Part shown: piece after piece, positions 11,934-23,269 of the stretch
Layout of the letters: every line of letters begins with the position of its first letter
Numbering within the stretch: position 1 is the first letter of the stretch
Source of the DNA: Takakia lepidozioides
Taxonomy: Eukaryota; Plantae; Bryophyta
Reading direction: 5' to 3'
Length of the DNA stretch: 64,000 nt
Assembly: GCA_030704615.1 (NCBI GenBank)
Contig: CM060731.1
Location: forward strand, 71,486,001-71,550,000
The notes under the pieces: generated by a model
What the model saw: the letters and a program-made list of their open reading frames with translations, nothing else
The model's database searches: none
What the model was told of the DNA's origin: nothing
Position numbers and translations under genes: made by a program

Positions 11934-14900
11934 TGCCAACTCCCGCTGAACCTCAAGCACCTCCCACGTGTGCCATGGATGTCTGCACCCCGTGGTCTTC
12001 ACCTGCTCACCCCTACTCACTGTCTGTACCGTCTCGGTAGGCAGGGAGCCTGTGGCTGAAGCATACTCTCCACCAGAGAGCTCCACCAAACTAGCCTCCC
12101 AGAGATCTTGAGTCCTCATCTGAATCAAAGACCTCTCCATGTCACTGTTTCTATAGGGTCTCTGAAAGATCGGCATGTCCGTGGCCAACTCAATACGAAT
12201 CTCTTGACCCTTCAGTGCTCCCAAATCCTTCAAACTGAAGGCAAAACAACTCCTGTAAGCCCTCAGGAAGCGCCGTATACGTCATCTCTCTCCTCTAGTG
12301 ACAATGGGTCCAATGTCAGACTCCCAATTGTCCTCCGTAACTGCAACCTTAAGTCCAGCAGACTTAGAGGTAGAGGACGCGTCCCGTGGTTGCTATGCTG
12401 CAACCTCTTGAGCAGTACTCCCTGCCTGCTCAGTCAATGACAAGGCCTCATCCTACCCCATCATCTCATCCGTGATGACCTCCTCAACCCGAGAAGAATC
12501 CCCAACCTCATCCATCACAGCCGCCTTGGCTGCCAACTCCCTCTGAACCTAGAGCACCTCCCACGTGTGCCATGAATGTCTACACCCCGTGGTCCTCACC
12601 GGCTCGCCCCCAATCACAACCTGTACCGTCTCGGTAGGCATAGAGACCGTCAAGGGAAGTGCACTCCACACTCTACGTTGCTCAGCCATAGCCAAGTTGA
12701 TAATCTATGTCAAGCAATTGAGATCCATCATTTGCCCCAACACCTGGCGACGTGATGCCTCAGAAAGAGAAGACACTGCCGTGGTCCCAATGGAAAAACC
12801 CATAGCCCGCTCTCGCTCATCGGCATTGGGCTCCACTAACTGCTGCAATTGAGCATCCCGCAGGAGGCCAGGTCCACTATCCCGGAAAGCATGCGATCAT
12901 GGGAAGCTTAGCAGTGTAGGTAGTGTTGCTCGTGGTTGACCCACCTTGTTGACCATTGCCAAAGGTGAACGGTCATCGTGTCTCACACGCTGAGACTGCC
13001 TCCCTGTGTCCAAAATGCTATCCACTGTGAGGTGTGCTAGCCGCTGCACCCCATCAAAGGCATGCTTGAGCAATGCGACCCAGCCACGATCGGACTTGAT
13101 GCACATTGGCCATCACCCTGGCCCGAGAATCGCCCATTAGTAGCACATTCTCCAAGATGTATGCTGGAGATACAGCTTGATGAAGCTGTAAGTGGCGCAA
13201 AACCCGTATGCACCATCTTCCAAAACAGACCCGACCTCGAGTCTCGCAATCCATTGCCATGCCCGGCTGATGAATGCCCTTGGCAGGGCCAACCTGCCAC
13301 TACCACATCAATGGAGCCAACCCGCTCCAAATCCTGCGCCCCCAGCAAAGAGATGTCTGCTGGCAAGGCCTGCTGATATCCACGAACCGCAAACACTGAC
13401 AACAACTCAGGGTACTACTGCACCAACTGAGCAACATGACGGAGTGAGACGCGTCGTGCAGTCTCATCCCTCTCCACATACAAGTAACGCCGTACCCGTA
13501 TACCCGGCTGTAGCACAACAGCCAATCTGGTGCTGATCCCGCCAAACAAGTCCAGAAAGCAAATGCCTTCATCCGGACACTACCACACGATCAGTGTCCA
13601 ATGGTGACAACAGAGATGGACCTGATGCAATCCCCGCACTGTCCTCCTCTCCTGATGGTACAAAAACCTTTATCCATGCTTGTTGCACCCATCGATCAGC
13701 AACCCGCTGCAAATCCTGCTCGAGCCCCACAATACAGTGTGAGCAACCATGGCAGGCAACTCCGCCATACCATATATATCATCCTGCTCTCCCGGAGGTG
13801 ACACATCCTCTAAATAAGCGTTGCCCTCAAGCAACACTCCAGGCCAATTCATTGTAGTTGTGAATGCTGCCAGTGTTGGCATCTTGCCTCACTGGGCAAC
13901 CGTAACTCCTCCTATGAACGTCATAGGAAGATGCACATGTCGGCCCTCCCCTGACTGCCATCCAATCCTCTAGGAAGCTGACTTCCCCCAAAAATCCATG
14001 GTGAAGCCTATGGGGTACAACACTGCCCCATCAACAATGACATCGTACGAGACCGCGTCTGTTACAATGGCCTTGGCTCTCATCACTGAGCCATATGTAG
14101 GATGATCCGGTTGTAGTCGGATAGCCAACTCACGTCGTGTCATGCCCCGAGCGTGCTCTAATCATCCCAGAGATGTCTGTATCTGGAAAGGGCACAGCTC
14201 CATATCCGCCTCCATGAGGCCCAAGCCTGCAATAGCAGCTCTGCCCAACATCAATGGCTGAGTTCCAGAGTCCAACAAGACTCGTAGTGGCCGGTACCTC
14301 TTGCCTGCCGGTCCTCTCAAACTGAAAAATGCCATCTTGGTTGTCTAACATGACAGCTCCAGGTGTCACCATGGCGCGCTCAATGGCTGGCTTAGTTGGC
14401 AGCTCTGCCAACCTGGCAGCTGCAGCTTGCCATGGCGCCGCCATGGCAGTCTTGACCCTCAAATCCGAGGATCCCTCCGGCACTACACCTCCCACTATCT
14501 CCGCAGAAGATGAAGTAACCTCCCCATTCTCATAGAGTGTAGCTGCCAGCCTGAACACCTCAGCTGGTCTTACCCCCAGCGTCGCAATCATGGTAGCCGA
14601 GAACAATGGAGCCTGGCACACAACTATGGCCGCCCCCAATAGCACACTAGCTGCCGTAGCCTTGACAACACAAGGTAGTGGTGCTGCCCGTGTAGCTCTC
14701 CCCAATGGCATAGTAACCTCCGCCTCAGTAACAGTCGGGTAAGAACTAGGTGCCATGGACGGCGTCGACATTGTCTCCACCAATGTGAATGACTGAGGAA
14801 GCCTGGCCTGACGGCTTGCCTCCCCACGCTGTGAATCCAACTCCACCTCTACACCTCGTGGCTCAGGAACTCGTGCTGCTCCTCGAGTCACTGCCGCAGC

Positions 14901-16000
14901 CGACTCCACTTGCACTAGTGGTAGTGCTGCCCCGCACATAGTGGTAGTGGTAGTGCTGCCCGACACTAGTGGTAGTGGTGCCCCACCCACAGTGGTAGTG
15001 GTAGTGGTAGCCCATACATAGTGGTAGTGGCAATGGCACCCCTCACTAGTGGTAGTGCTGCCCCGCACATGAATCCCATGCCTCCCATGTCTCCTCCCTC
15101 AAGAGCAGGAGGTGGACCATCCGGCCTTGGAGCCGGTACCACCTGAGCTATGGCCATGGCAGCGAGCCTCTGCTCTAGCTGCTGAAGCCGGTTGGCCATG
15201 CTTTGGTCAACACCCTGACCTCCGCGTCCTTGGCCATGTTGAGCTTGCCCTTGGCCTGCACCTCGTGCTTGGCCACCTCGTCCTCTCTGGGCTGCTCCAC
15301 CTCGCCCTCGGCCACCATTGTTCCCTTGGAACTGGCCTGGGCGCAACTCAGGATGCAAACCATAGCACTGGGCCTCTTCATGCCCGTACTTGCCACAATG
15401 CCCACACTGCAACTGTACAGGCTGTGCCGGTGCCAAACCATTGCCTCCCTCTGGGCAATCATTCTTGACATGGGGTCCTCCACATGTCTAACACACCACA
15501 TCTGCCTGTCGTTAGCTTACAAATGAAGGGAGAGACCCTTGCATCTGAGGTCCTCTCTGCCCTTCCCTGGGCTTCACCTGAGCCCCTTTGTTGCCTTGAG
15601 CACGTTGAGGTAGTGGCTGGCTAGGAGCACCACTACCCCGTGGTGCCTCCTTAGCAAATCCCACCATGACCACTCGTTCCTCCACCATGTTGAGTTCTAT
15701 CCGCTCTGCCAGCAAAAACACATTTGCTAAGGTGGGTTGGGCCGCTTGTAGGAGAGTTGCATCCCGCACCCTTCTCTTCAGCTGGACTTGTCCAATATCC
15801 CGTACCAGACACTCCTCAAACCGCCCTCCACGAGCTCATGAAACTTGGCTTCCAATGCCCCATGCAAGCCTCCACAGGGTCCGCCTCCTTACGTCCACCA
15901 GCCATTCCTCAGAATGGAACAACCTCGAGAAACCACGCCATTCACTGAAGGTTAAAAAATGGATCCAATAGAGGTACATATAGGCCCCAACAACATTCTG
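11934..16000 (-). mobile_element. Decayed Ty3/Gypsy-type retrotransposon: gag-PR-DNMT-RT(truncated)
   Basis: Zinc knuckle CGHCGKYGHEEAQC (~15365-15406); protease RVLLDSGTQPLMLG (DSG 14264-14272); C5-MTase domain; RT start IRIELATDMPIFQRPYR...EYASAT (~12050-12235). No LTR identified; 5' boundary uncertain. Confidence 0.85.
12700..13580 (-). pseudogene. C5 cytosine DNA methyltransferase domain within retrotransposon pol
   Basis: Motif I LDLFGGI (13535-13555); IV AGWPCQGHS (~13277-13294); VI YILENV (13144-13152); IX EPNADERERAMGF (~12795-12835); X RRQVLGQMMD (~12722-12752). Stops and frameshifts present; motif VIII not found. Confidence 0.88.
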
Positions 16001-17920
16001 TCCAAAGAATTACATGCACGTTGGTCTCCCCCATAGTTAAGAATTGGGCTGAAAACCCGAAAAGATTACCTGCAGGGGAGTAATCCCCTTTGTTAAAACG
16101 CAACAGGGAGGCAATTCCAACTTTTTTGCCGGATCAGCTAGCTCAAAACCGTTGTTCTTCAGAGCCCAGCCTCCCCATCAAGGTCCCACGAAACGAGTAA
16201 AAAATGAATGAATTAATTAATTAATTAATTAACTCTGACTGTTCGCGGCCATCCGTGGCCCAGCCGCCACGACTCCTCACGGCCCGCCCTAGTCGCTCGT
16301 TGGCCATGGGCTGCCCTGCGATACCCCGTGGTACCACGCCCACGAGCCTTCCCGGCCCGCCATCCCCACGATCTGGTCACTGTGCCAACCCGTGGTGTCC
16401 GCACCACGGCTTTCCACGGTCACGGTCAACGGTCACGGACAACAGTTCCCTGCGTTCCCAGGAACTCCACACGAATTCCCATGCGTTCTCGATCGCTCTC
16501 GGGACGTTCCCACGTGTTCTCGAGTTTTCCCCGAGCTGGGGTTTGCTCCTGCACCTGCTGCTGCTGAGCTATGGCTTCTGCGGAGCCATCAGCCCCATCG
16601 CCCTCCACTCCTGAGCTCTCATGGCCCACTAGAAGCGCCCCCAACTCAACAAGCAAGCTATATGCTGCCCAACAAGCTCTATTTTCTTCATGAAGCTCAC
16701 AAAAACAAATCTGAAAATATACACCTTTACAACCTTGGTGTACCTGCAGTTCTACTGCACGTTCCCTGGCTCTAGGATGCCTAGTTGCTGCCCTTCTAGC
16801 CCCACTCTTGCCACTCCAAGAGCCCTTACAGTACTAGAGTTTCGGATTGAAACTTCCAACTCAAGCACATGCTTCACAAGTGCACTGATTTGCACACAAG
16901 AGGGACTAGCCCTCTCTCTTCACTCATACCTCTTCATGAGCTTGGAGCTGAAGCTCCCAACGGGCTGCGATGCATCCCCTCGCAGCTCCACTATTCGGCT
17001 GCTCCTCATCTACCCGCAACATCTAGTTTCGGGCAGAGATACCTGGAGCTGATCATATCATCTCCAACCTGCAACATGCTAGCTTCCCATGCGCAGCCCA
17101 CATTCCTGCAGCTCCTTAACTCGCCCTGCAGCTGAAGAAGATGACCACCAGTTTGCCCACTCGTGGCCAACATCTCCTCCGCTTCACACTAGAACCGCAT
17201 ACTCAGTTGTCATAGCGTTGAGCTATGCAACACTGACCGCCTCTCCATTGCAAACCTGCAACCTATTCGCTTTTGCACTCTATCTGCTTTGGATAGGCTC
17301 ATGCACGGATCCCTGCACTCTAGGCTAAACCGTTTCTCATGATCTAAAAACACAAGTGCTACAACTAACTCGAACCTGACACTCACAGACTCGAGCTGAT
17401 CTTTCTCGAGTGATAAAGAAAGGAAGATACAAACACACAAGCTCTCTCAAACTCACATACTTGCACATGAAAACACCACTCATATATTAAGTCGAGCCAA
17501 GCGCACCCCACGCCATGGGGAATCCACACTACGGCGCCATAGCTAGACGCGGTGAGGCTCAACTCGAGAAAGATGAGCCCACTGCGATTTGCCGTGAAGA
17601 TAACAACGCCAGGTGCCCAAACATATATTGGCCCCTGGATTGACATTTGGGTCAATCCCAAATATCAATATATCAAAACTAACTATTTCCTAGCTAGTTT
17701 CACACTAGTGATAAAATAACTTGACAAAAAAAAATGAGAAAAATAGACCCCATGGGAGAGTGTTTTTTTTTGTTTTGTTTTTTTGTTCTGGTGGAAAATT
17801 GTCAAATTTGGGACCTAGAAAATGATGCGGCAGCTACTTGTACAAAGAAATTATGGGGTATAAAAATCAAAAATTTCGCCAAAAAGCGCCTAGTTGAATA
17901 TCAGGGGAAAACAATAGGAA

Positions 17921-20900
17921 CTAGGGTAGCCCGTGCCGTTGGCCCAAGTGTCCAATGTCATCTAGGTCCAAGTGCATCAATATATGAAGCAAGCCATATC
18001 TAATCTTTTTTTTCCACAGAGCCTACAACCACATTTGAACCGGAGACCTTTCTTCTGTCGAGGTTCCAATCATTGTGCAGCGACCAAAAGTACTTCAAAT
18101 TCGCTTTAGCCATACCTCATCTTTTTTCCCACAGAGCTTACGACCATATTTGAACCGGAGACCTTTATCTTGAGATCTCTCCTGTCGAGGCTCCAACCAT
18201 TGTCCCAGGAATATTGCCCATTTTGCTATTTTTTGCGAATTTCCAGCGACCAAAAGTACTTGGAATTCCACATCTCCCACACTGCATGTCCAAAAATCAT
18301 GAGACCAAGCCGGTGCACCCCTCCACATCGAGGGCTTTCCAACGGCACCAAGCACCGGGGCTGGGGCCCCGCGGTTTGGGAGATCTCAACAACGCTACAA
18401 ACAAAACAAACAAAACAAAATAAAACGTCTCGCTTCGTATATTGACTAGGGTAGCCGGTGTCGTTGGCCCAAGTGTCCACTGTCATCTAAGTCCAAGTGC
18501 AATCCCCTATGTATCTAGACACCCTCATCTTTGGGAGATCTAGGCCTAGGGTAGCCTGCGTCATTGGCCCATGTGTTAAGAATTGAGATCTATGTCCAAA
18601 TGCAATCCCCTATGTGTTTGAAGTAGCGTCTCCTATGTCAAGGCATATGTGTGAAGAATTGAAATCTAAGCCCAAGTGCAATTTCTCATGTATCCAAGTG
18701 GGTCTCCTATATCGAGGCCCAAGTGCGACCTCTAGTGTAGCCTATGCCGTTGGCCCATGTGTGAAGAATTGAAATCTAAGCCCAAGTGCAATCTTCTATT
18801 CATGTATCCAAGTGCATCTCCCATGTATAGCCCCAAGTGTCCAGTGTCATTTAAGTCCAAGTGCAATCCCATATCTAACCATTTTTTTTTTTTTTTTTTC
18901 CTCAGAGAGCCTACGACCAGATTTGAACCGGAGACCTTTCCCTTGATATCTCTCCTGTCGAGGCTCCAACCATTGTCCCAGGAATGCCCACTTTGCCATT
19001 TTTGCTTATTTTTGTGAATTTCCAGCGACCAAAAGTACTTGGAATTCCGTATCTCTCACACCTCAGGTCCAAAAAATTCATGAGACCAAGCTGGTGCATC
19101 CCTCCTTGTCGAGGGCTTTCCAACGGTACCCAACACCAGCGTTGGGGCCTCGCGGTCTGGGACATCTCAACGTGACAAAACAAACAAACAAACAAACAAA
19201 CAAATCATCTTAATTCATATACTGACTAGGGTAGCCTGTGCCGTTGGCCCAAGTGTCCAATGTCATCTAAGCCCAAGTGCAATTTCATGTGTATCCAAAG
19301 GCGTCTCCCATGTGCGTCTCTCATGTCGAGGCCTATCTAAGCCTAGTGTGCAATCTCCTATGTATCCAAGTACGTCTCCCATGTCAAAGCCCGATTCATT
19401 TTTTTCCATGAATTTATTGAGTGGTAATATATCATATCATTATTTGATGGCCTCTCATTGTTTAATAATAGGGTCATGAATGCATGGGCGGGCCCCACCA
19501 GTACGACCCTTGGGGTGAGCTCATAAGCCCACCGTCGGCGAGATTCTGAATTTTTTTTCTAAGTTCTTGTTAATCTACCGTGGCGGACCGTCTAGCGGAC
19601 TGGGCAGACCCTCCAAGAGACCGACACCAACCTTCTAGCAGACCCTCCAGCAGCCCTTCCAGACCCCCCTCCAACAGACCGGCTTAGACCCTCCAGCAGA
19701 TCGGTAGACCCTTCGACAAAATATATATTTAATAACACACATTATTACCACGGTACAACATAACAAGATTTGAACACCATACTTCATGTTTATCATTCAT
19801 TACTCTTAACCACCACACTACCCACCACTTTCTACAAACCCATGCAATAACTAATGCTTTATGTGCATATTGTGGGCCCAGCAGACCAGCTTGCCGGGCA
19901 AACCTAGCAAGCAGACTGGCGGGGATTGGCGGGGTCTGGGTAGGGGCGCTCCCACCCTCCACGACCCCCTCTGCCACACGCGGGCCCCGCCGCAGCCACA
20001 CGCGCGGGCATTCATGACCCTATTATTGTTAAATGAGAAGCTTATTGATATCTCATTCGTCTCTAGGGTAACTTGTGCCGGCGTTGGCCCAAGTGTCGTC
20101 TAAGCCCAAGTGCAATCTCCTATGTATCCAAGCGTCTCCTATGTCGAGGCCCAAGTGCGACCTCTAGGGTAGCCTGTGCCGTTGGCCCAAGTGTCCAGTG
20201 TCATCTAAGCCCAAGTGCAATCTCATGTATATCCAAAGCCATCTCCCATGTGCGTCTCCCATGTCGAGGCCTATCTAAGCCTAGTGTGCAATCTCCTATG
20301 TATCCAAGTACGTCTCCCATGTCAAGGCCCGATTCATTTTTTACCATGAATTTATTGAGTGGTAATATATATCATATCATTGTTGATATATCTCTCGTCT
20401 CTAGGGTAGCTTGTGCCGGCGTTGGCCCAATTGTCATCTAAGCCCAAGTGCAATCTCCTATGTATCCAAGCTTCTCCTATGTCGAGGCCCAAGTGCGACC
20501 TCTAGGGTAGCCTGTGTCGTTGGCCCATGTGTGAAGAATTGAAATCTAAGACCAAGTGCAATTTCCTATGTATCCCAGTGTGTCTCCTATGTCGAGGCCC
20601 ATCTAAGCCCAAGTGCAATCTCCTATGTATCCGTCTCCAGGGTAGCCTGTGTCATTGGCCCAAGTGTCCAATGTCATCTAAGTCCAAGTGCAATCCCCCA
20701 TGTATCAAAGTGTGTCTCCTATGTCGAGGCCCAAATGCAACCTCTAGGGTAGCCTTTGCCATCTAAGCCCAAGTGTCCACTGTCATCTAAGCCCAACTGT
20801 AAGATCTTATATGTATCCCATTGTGTCTCCTATGCTGAGGCCCAATGCGACCGCTAGGGTAGCCTATGCCATTGGCCCAAGTGTCCGGTGTCATCTAAAC

Positions 20901-23269
20901 CCAAGTCCAATCTCCTATGTCCAGTGCAATTTCCTATGTATCCAAGTGCGTCTCCTATGTTGAGGCCCAAGTGCAACCTTTAGGCCCTAGGGTAGCCCGT
21001 GTCGTTGGCCCAAGTGTCCAATGTCATCTAAGTAAGTTTTTTTCCATAGAGCCTATGACCAGATTTGAACCGGAGACCTTTCCTTTGATATCTCCTCCAA
21101 CCACTGTCCCAGGAATGCCCACTTTGCCATTTTTGCTATTTTTTGTGAATTTCCAGCGACCAAAAGTACTTAGAATTCCACATCTTCCACACCGCAGGTC
21201 CAAAAGTCATGAGACCAAGTTCGTGCTCCCCTCCTCGTCGAGGGCTTTCCAACGGTACCAAACACCCGCGCTGGGGCCTCGCGGTTTGGGACATCTCAAC
21301 GTGACAAAACAAAACAAAACAAACGTCTTGCTTCAAAGATTGACTAGGGTAGCATGTGCCGTTGGCCCAAGTGTCCAATGTCATCTAAGCCCAAGTGCAA
21401 TCTCCTATGCATCCAACTTTGGCGTCTCCCATGTGCGTCTCCTATGTTGAGGCCCATCTAAGCCCAGTGTGCAATCCCCTATGTATCAAAGTGCGTCCCC
21501 TATGTCGAGGCCCAAATGCAACCTCTAGGGTAGCCTTTGCCGTTGGACCAAGTGTCCAATGTCATCTCAGTAAGTTTTTTTCTACATAGCCTAGTGTGCA
21601 ATCCCCTATGTATCTCGAGACCCTCCTGTTTGGGAGATCTAGGCCTAGGGTAGCCTACGCCATTGGCCCATGTGTTAAGAATTGGTATCTAAGTCCAAGT
21701 GCAATCCCCCTATGTATTCAAGTAGCATCTCATATGTCAAGGTCCATGTGTGAAGAATTGAAATCTAAGCTCAAGTGCAATTTCTTATGTACCCAAGTGG
21801 GTCTCCTATGTCGAGGCCCAAGTGCGACCTCTAGTGTAGCCTATGCCGTTGGCCCATGTGAGATGAATTGAAATCTAAGCCCAAATACAATCTTCTATTC
21901 ATGTATCCAAGTGCATCTCCCATGTACAGGCCCAAGTGTCCAGTGTCATCTAAAGCCCAAGCGTAAGATCTTCTATGTATCCCAGTGCGTAGGGTGGCAT
22001 GTGCCTTTGGCCCATGTGTGTGAAGAATTGAAATCTAAGACAAGTACAATTTCATATGTATCCCAATGCGTCTTCTCTGTTGAGGCCCAAACCTGGAGTG
22101 TAGCCTACGCCTTTGGCTTATGTGTGAATAATTGAAATCTCAGACCAAGTGCAATTTGTATGTAGGCAAGCGCGTCTCCTATGTTGAGGATAGCCTGCGG
22201 CGTTGGCCCAAGTGTCCAGTGTCATCTAAGTCCAAGTGCAATCCCCTATGTATCCAAGTGCGTCTCCTATGTCGAGGCCCAAATGCGACCTCTAGGGTAG
22301 CCTGTGCCGTTGGCCCTAGTGCCCAATGTCATCGAAGCCCAAGTGTAAGATCTTCTATGTATCCCAGTGCGTCTCCTATGTCGAGGCCCAAGTGCGACCT
22401 CTAGTATAGCCTATGCCGTTTGCCCCATATATGAAGAATTGAAATCGAAGACCAAGTGTAATTTCCTATGTATCCAAGTGCAAAAGTACAATTTCATATG
22501 TATCCCAGTGCGTCTTCTATTTTGAGGCCCAAGCCTTGAGTGTAGCCTACGTTGGCCCAAGTGTCTAGTGTCATCTAAGTCCAAGTGCAATCCCCTATGT
22601 ATCCAAGTGTGTCTCCTATGTCGAGGCCCAAATGCGACCTCTACGATAGCCTGTGCCGTTGGCCCAAGTGTCCAATGTCATCGAAGCCCAAGTGTAAGAT
22701 CTTCTATGTATCCCAATGCGACTCGTATGTTGTTTGCCCCATATATCAAGAATTAGAATCTAAGACCAAGTGTAATTTCCTATGTATCCAAGTGCAATCT
22801 TCTATTCATGTATCCAAGTGCATCTCCCATGTAGAGCCCCAATTGTCCAGTGTCATCTAAGCCCAAGTCCAATCTCCTATGTATCTAGTGCGATTTCCTA
22901 TGTATCCAAGTGCATCTTCTTATGTCGACCAAGTAAGTTTTTTCCCACAGAGCCTATGGCCAGATTTGAACCGAAGACCTTTCCCCTGATATCTCTCCCC
23001 TCGAGGCCCCAACCATTGTCCAAGAATGCACACTTTGCCATTTTTGCTATTTTTTGTGAATTTCCAGGGACCAAAAGCACTTGGAATTTGACATCTCCAA
23101 CACGGCAGGTCCAAAAATTGTGAGACCAAGCCCGTGCACCCCTCCTCGTCGAGGGCTTTCCAACGGTACCAAGCACCAGGGCTCGGGCCTTGCGGTTCAG
23201 GACATCTCAACGTGACAAAACAAAACAAAACAAAACAAAACAAACAAATCGTCTTAATTCATAGATTGA
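17921..23269 (-). mobile_element. Head-to-tail tandem array of four non-autonomous Helitron units
   Basis: Minus-strand 3' end GGCCAACGGCACGGGCTACCCTAG|T at 17921; 5' end A|TCAATC at 23269; internal CTAG|TC junctions at 18445/6, 19225/6, 21343/4; A|T target. Confidence 0.8.
19449..20042. mobile_element. MITE (Mutator-like) inserted in the Helitron array
   Basis: ~35-bp TIRs GGCCTCTCATT..AATAATAGGGTCATGAATGC / GCATTCATGACCCTATTATT..AATGAGAAGCT. Imperfect TSD TATT(T)GAT. An empty paralogous site lies at ~20370-20395. Confidence 0.7.

Noticed and set aside
17531-17539. Possible PBS (TGGCGCCGT, minus) for the DNMT element
   Set aside because: Only 9 nt match, not preceded by an LTR-type CA end, and no second LTR to confirm.
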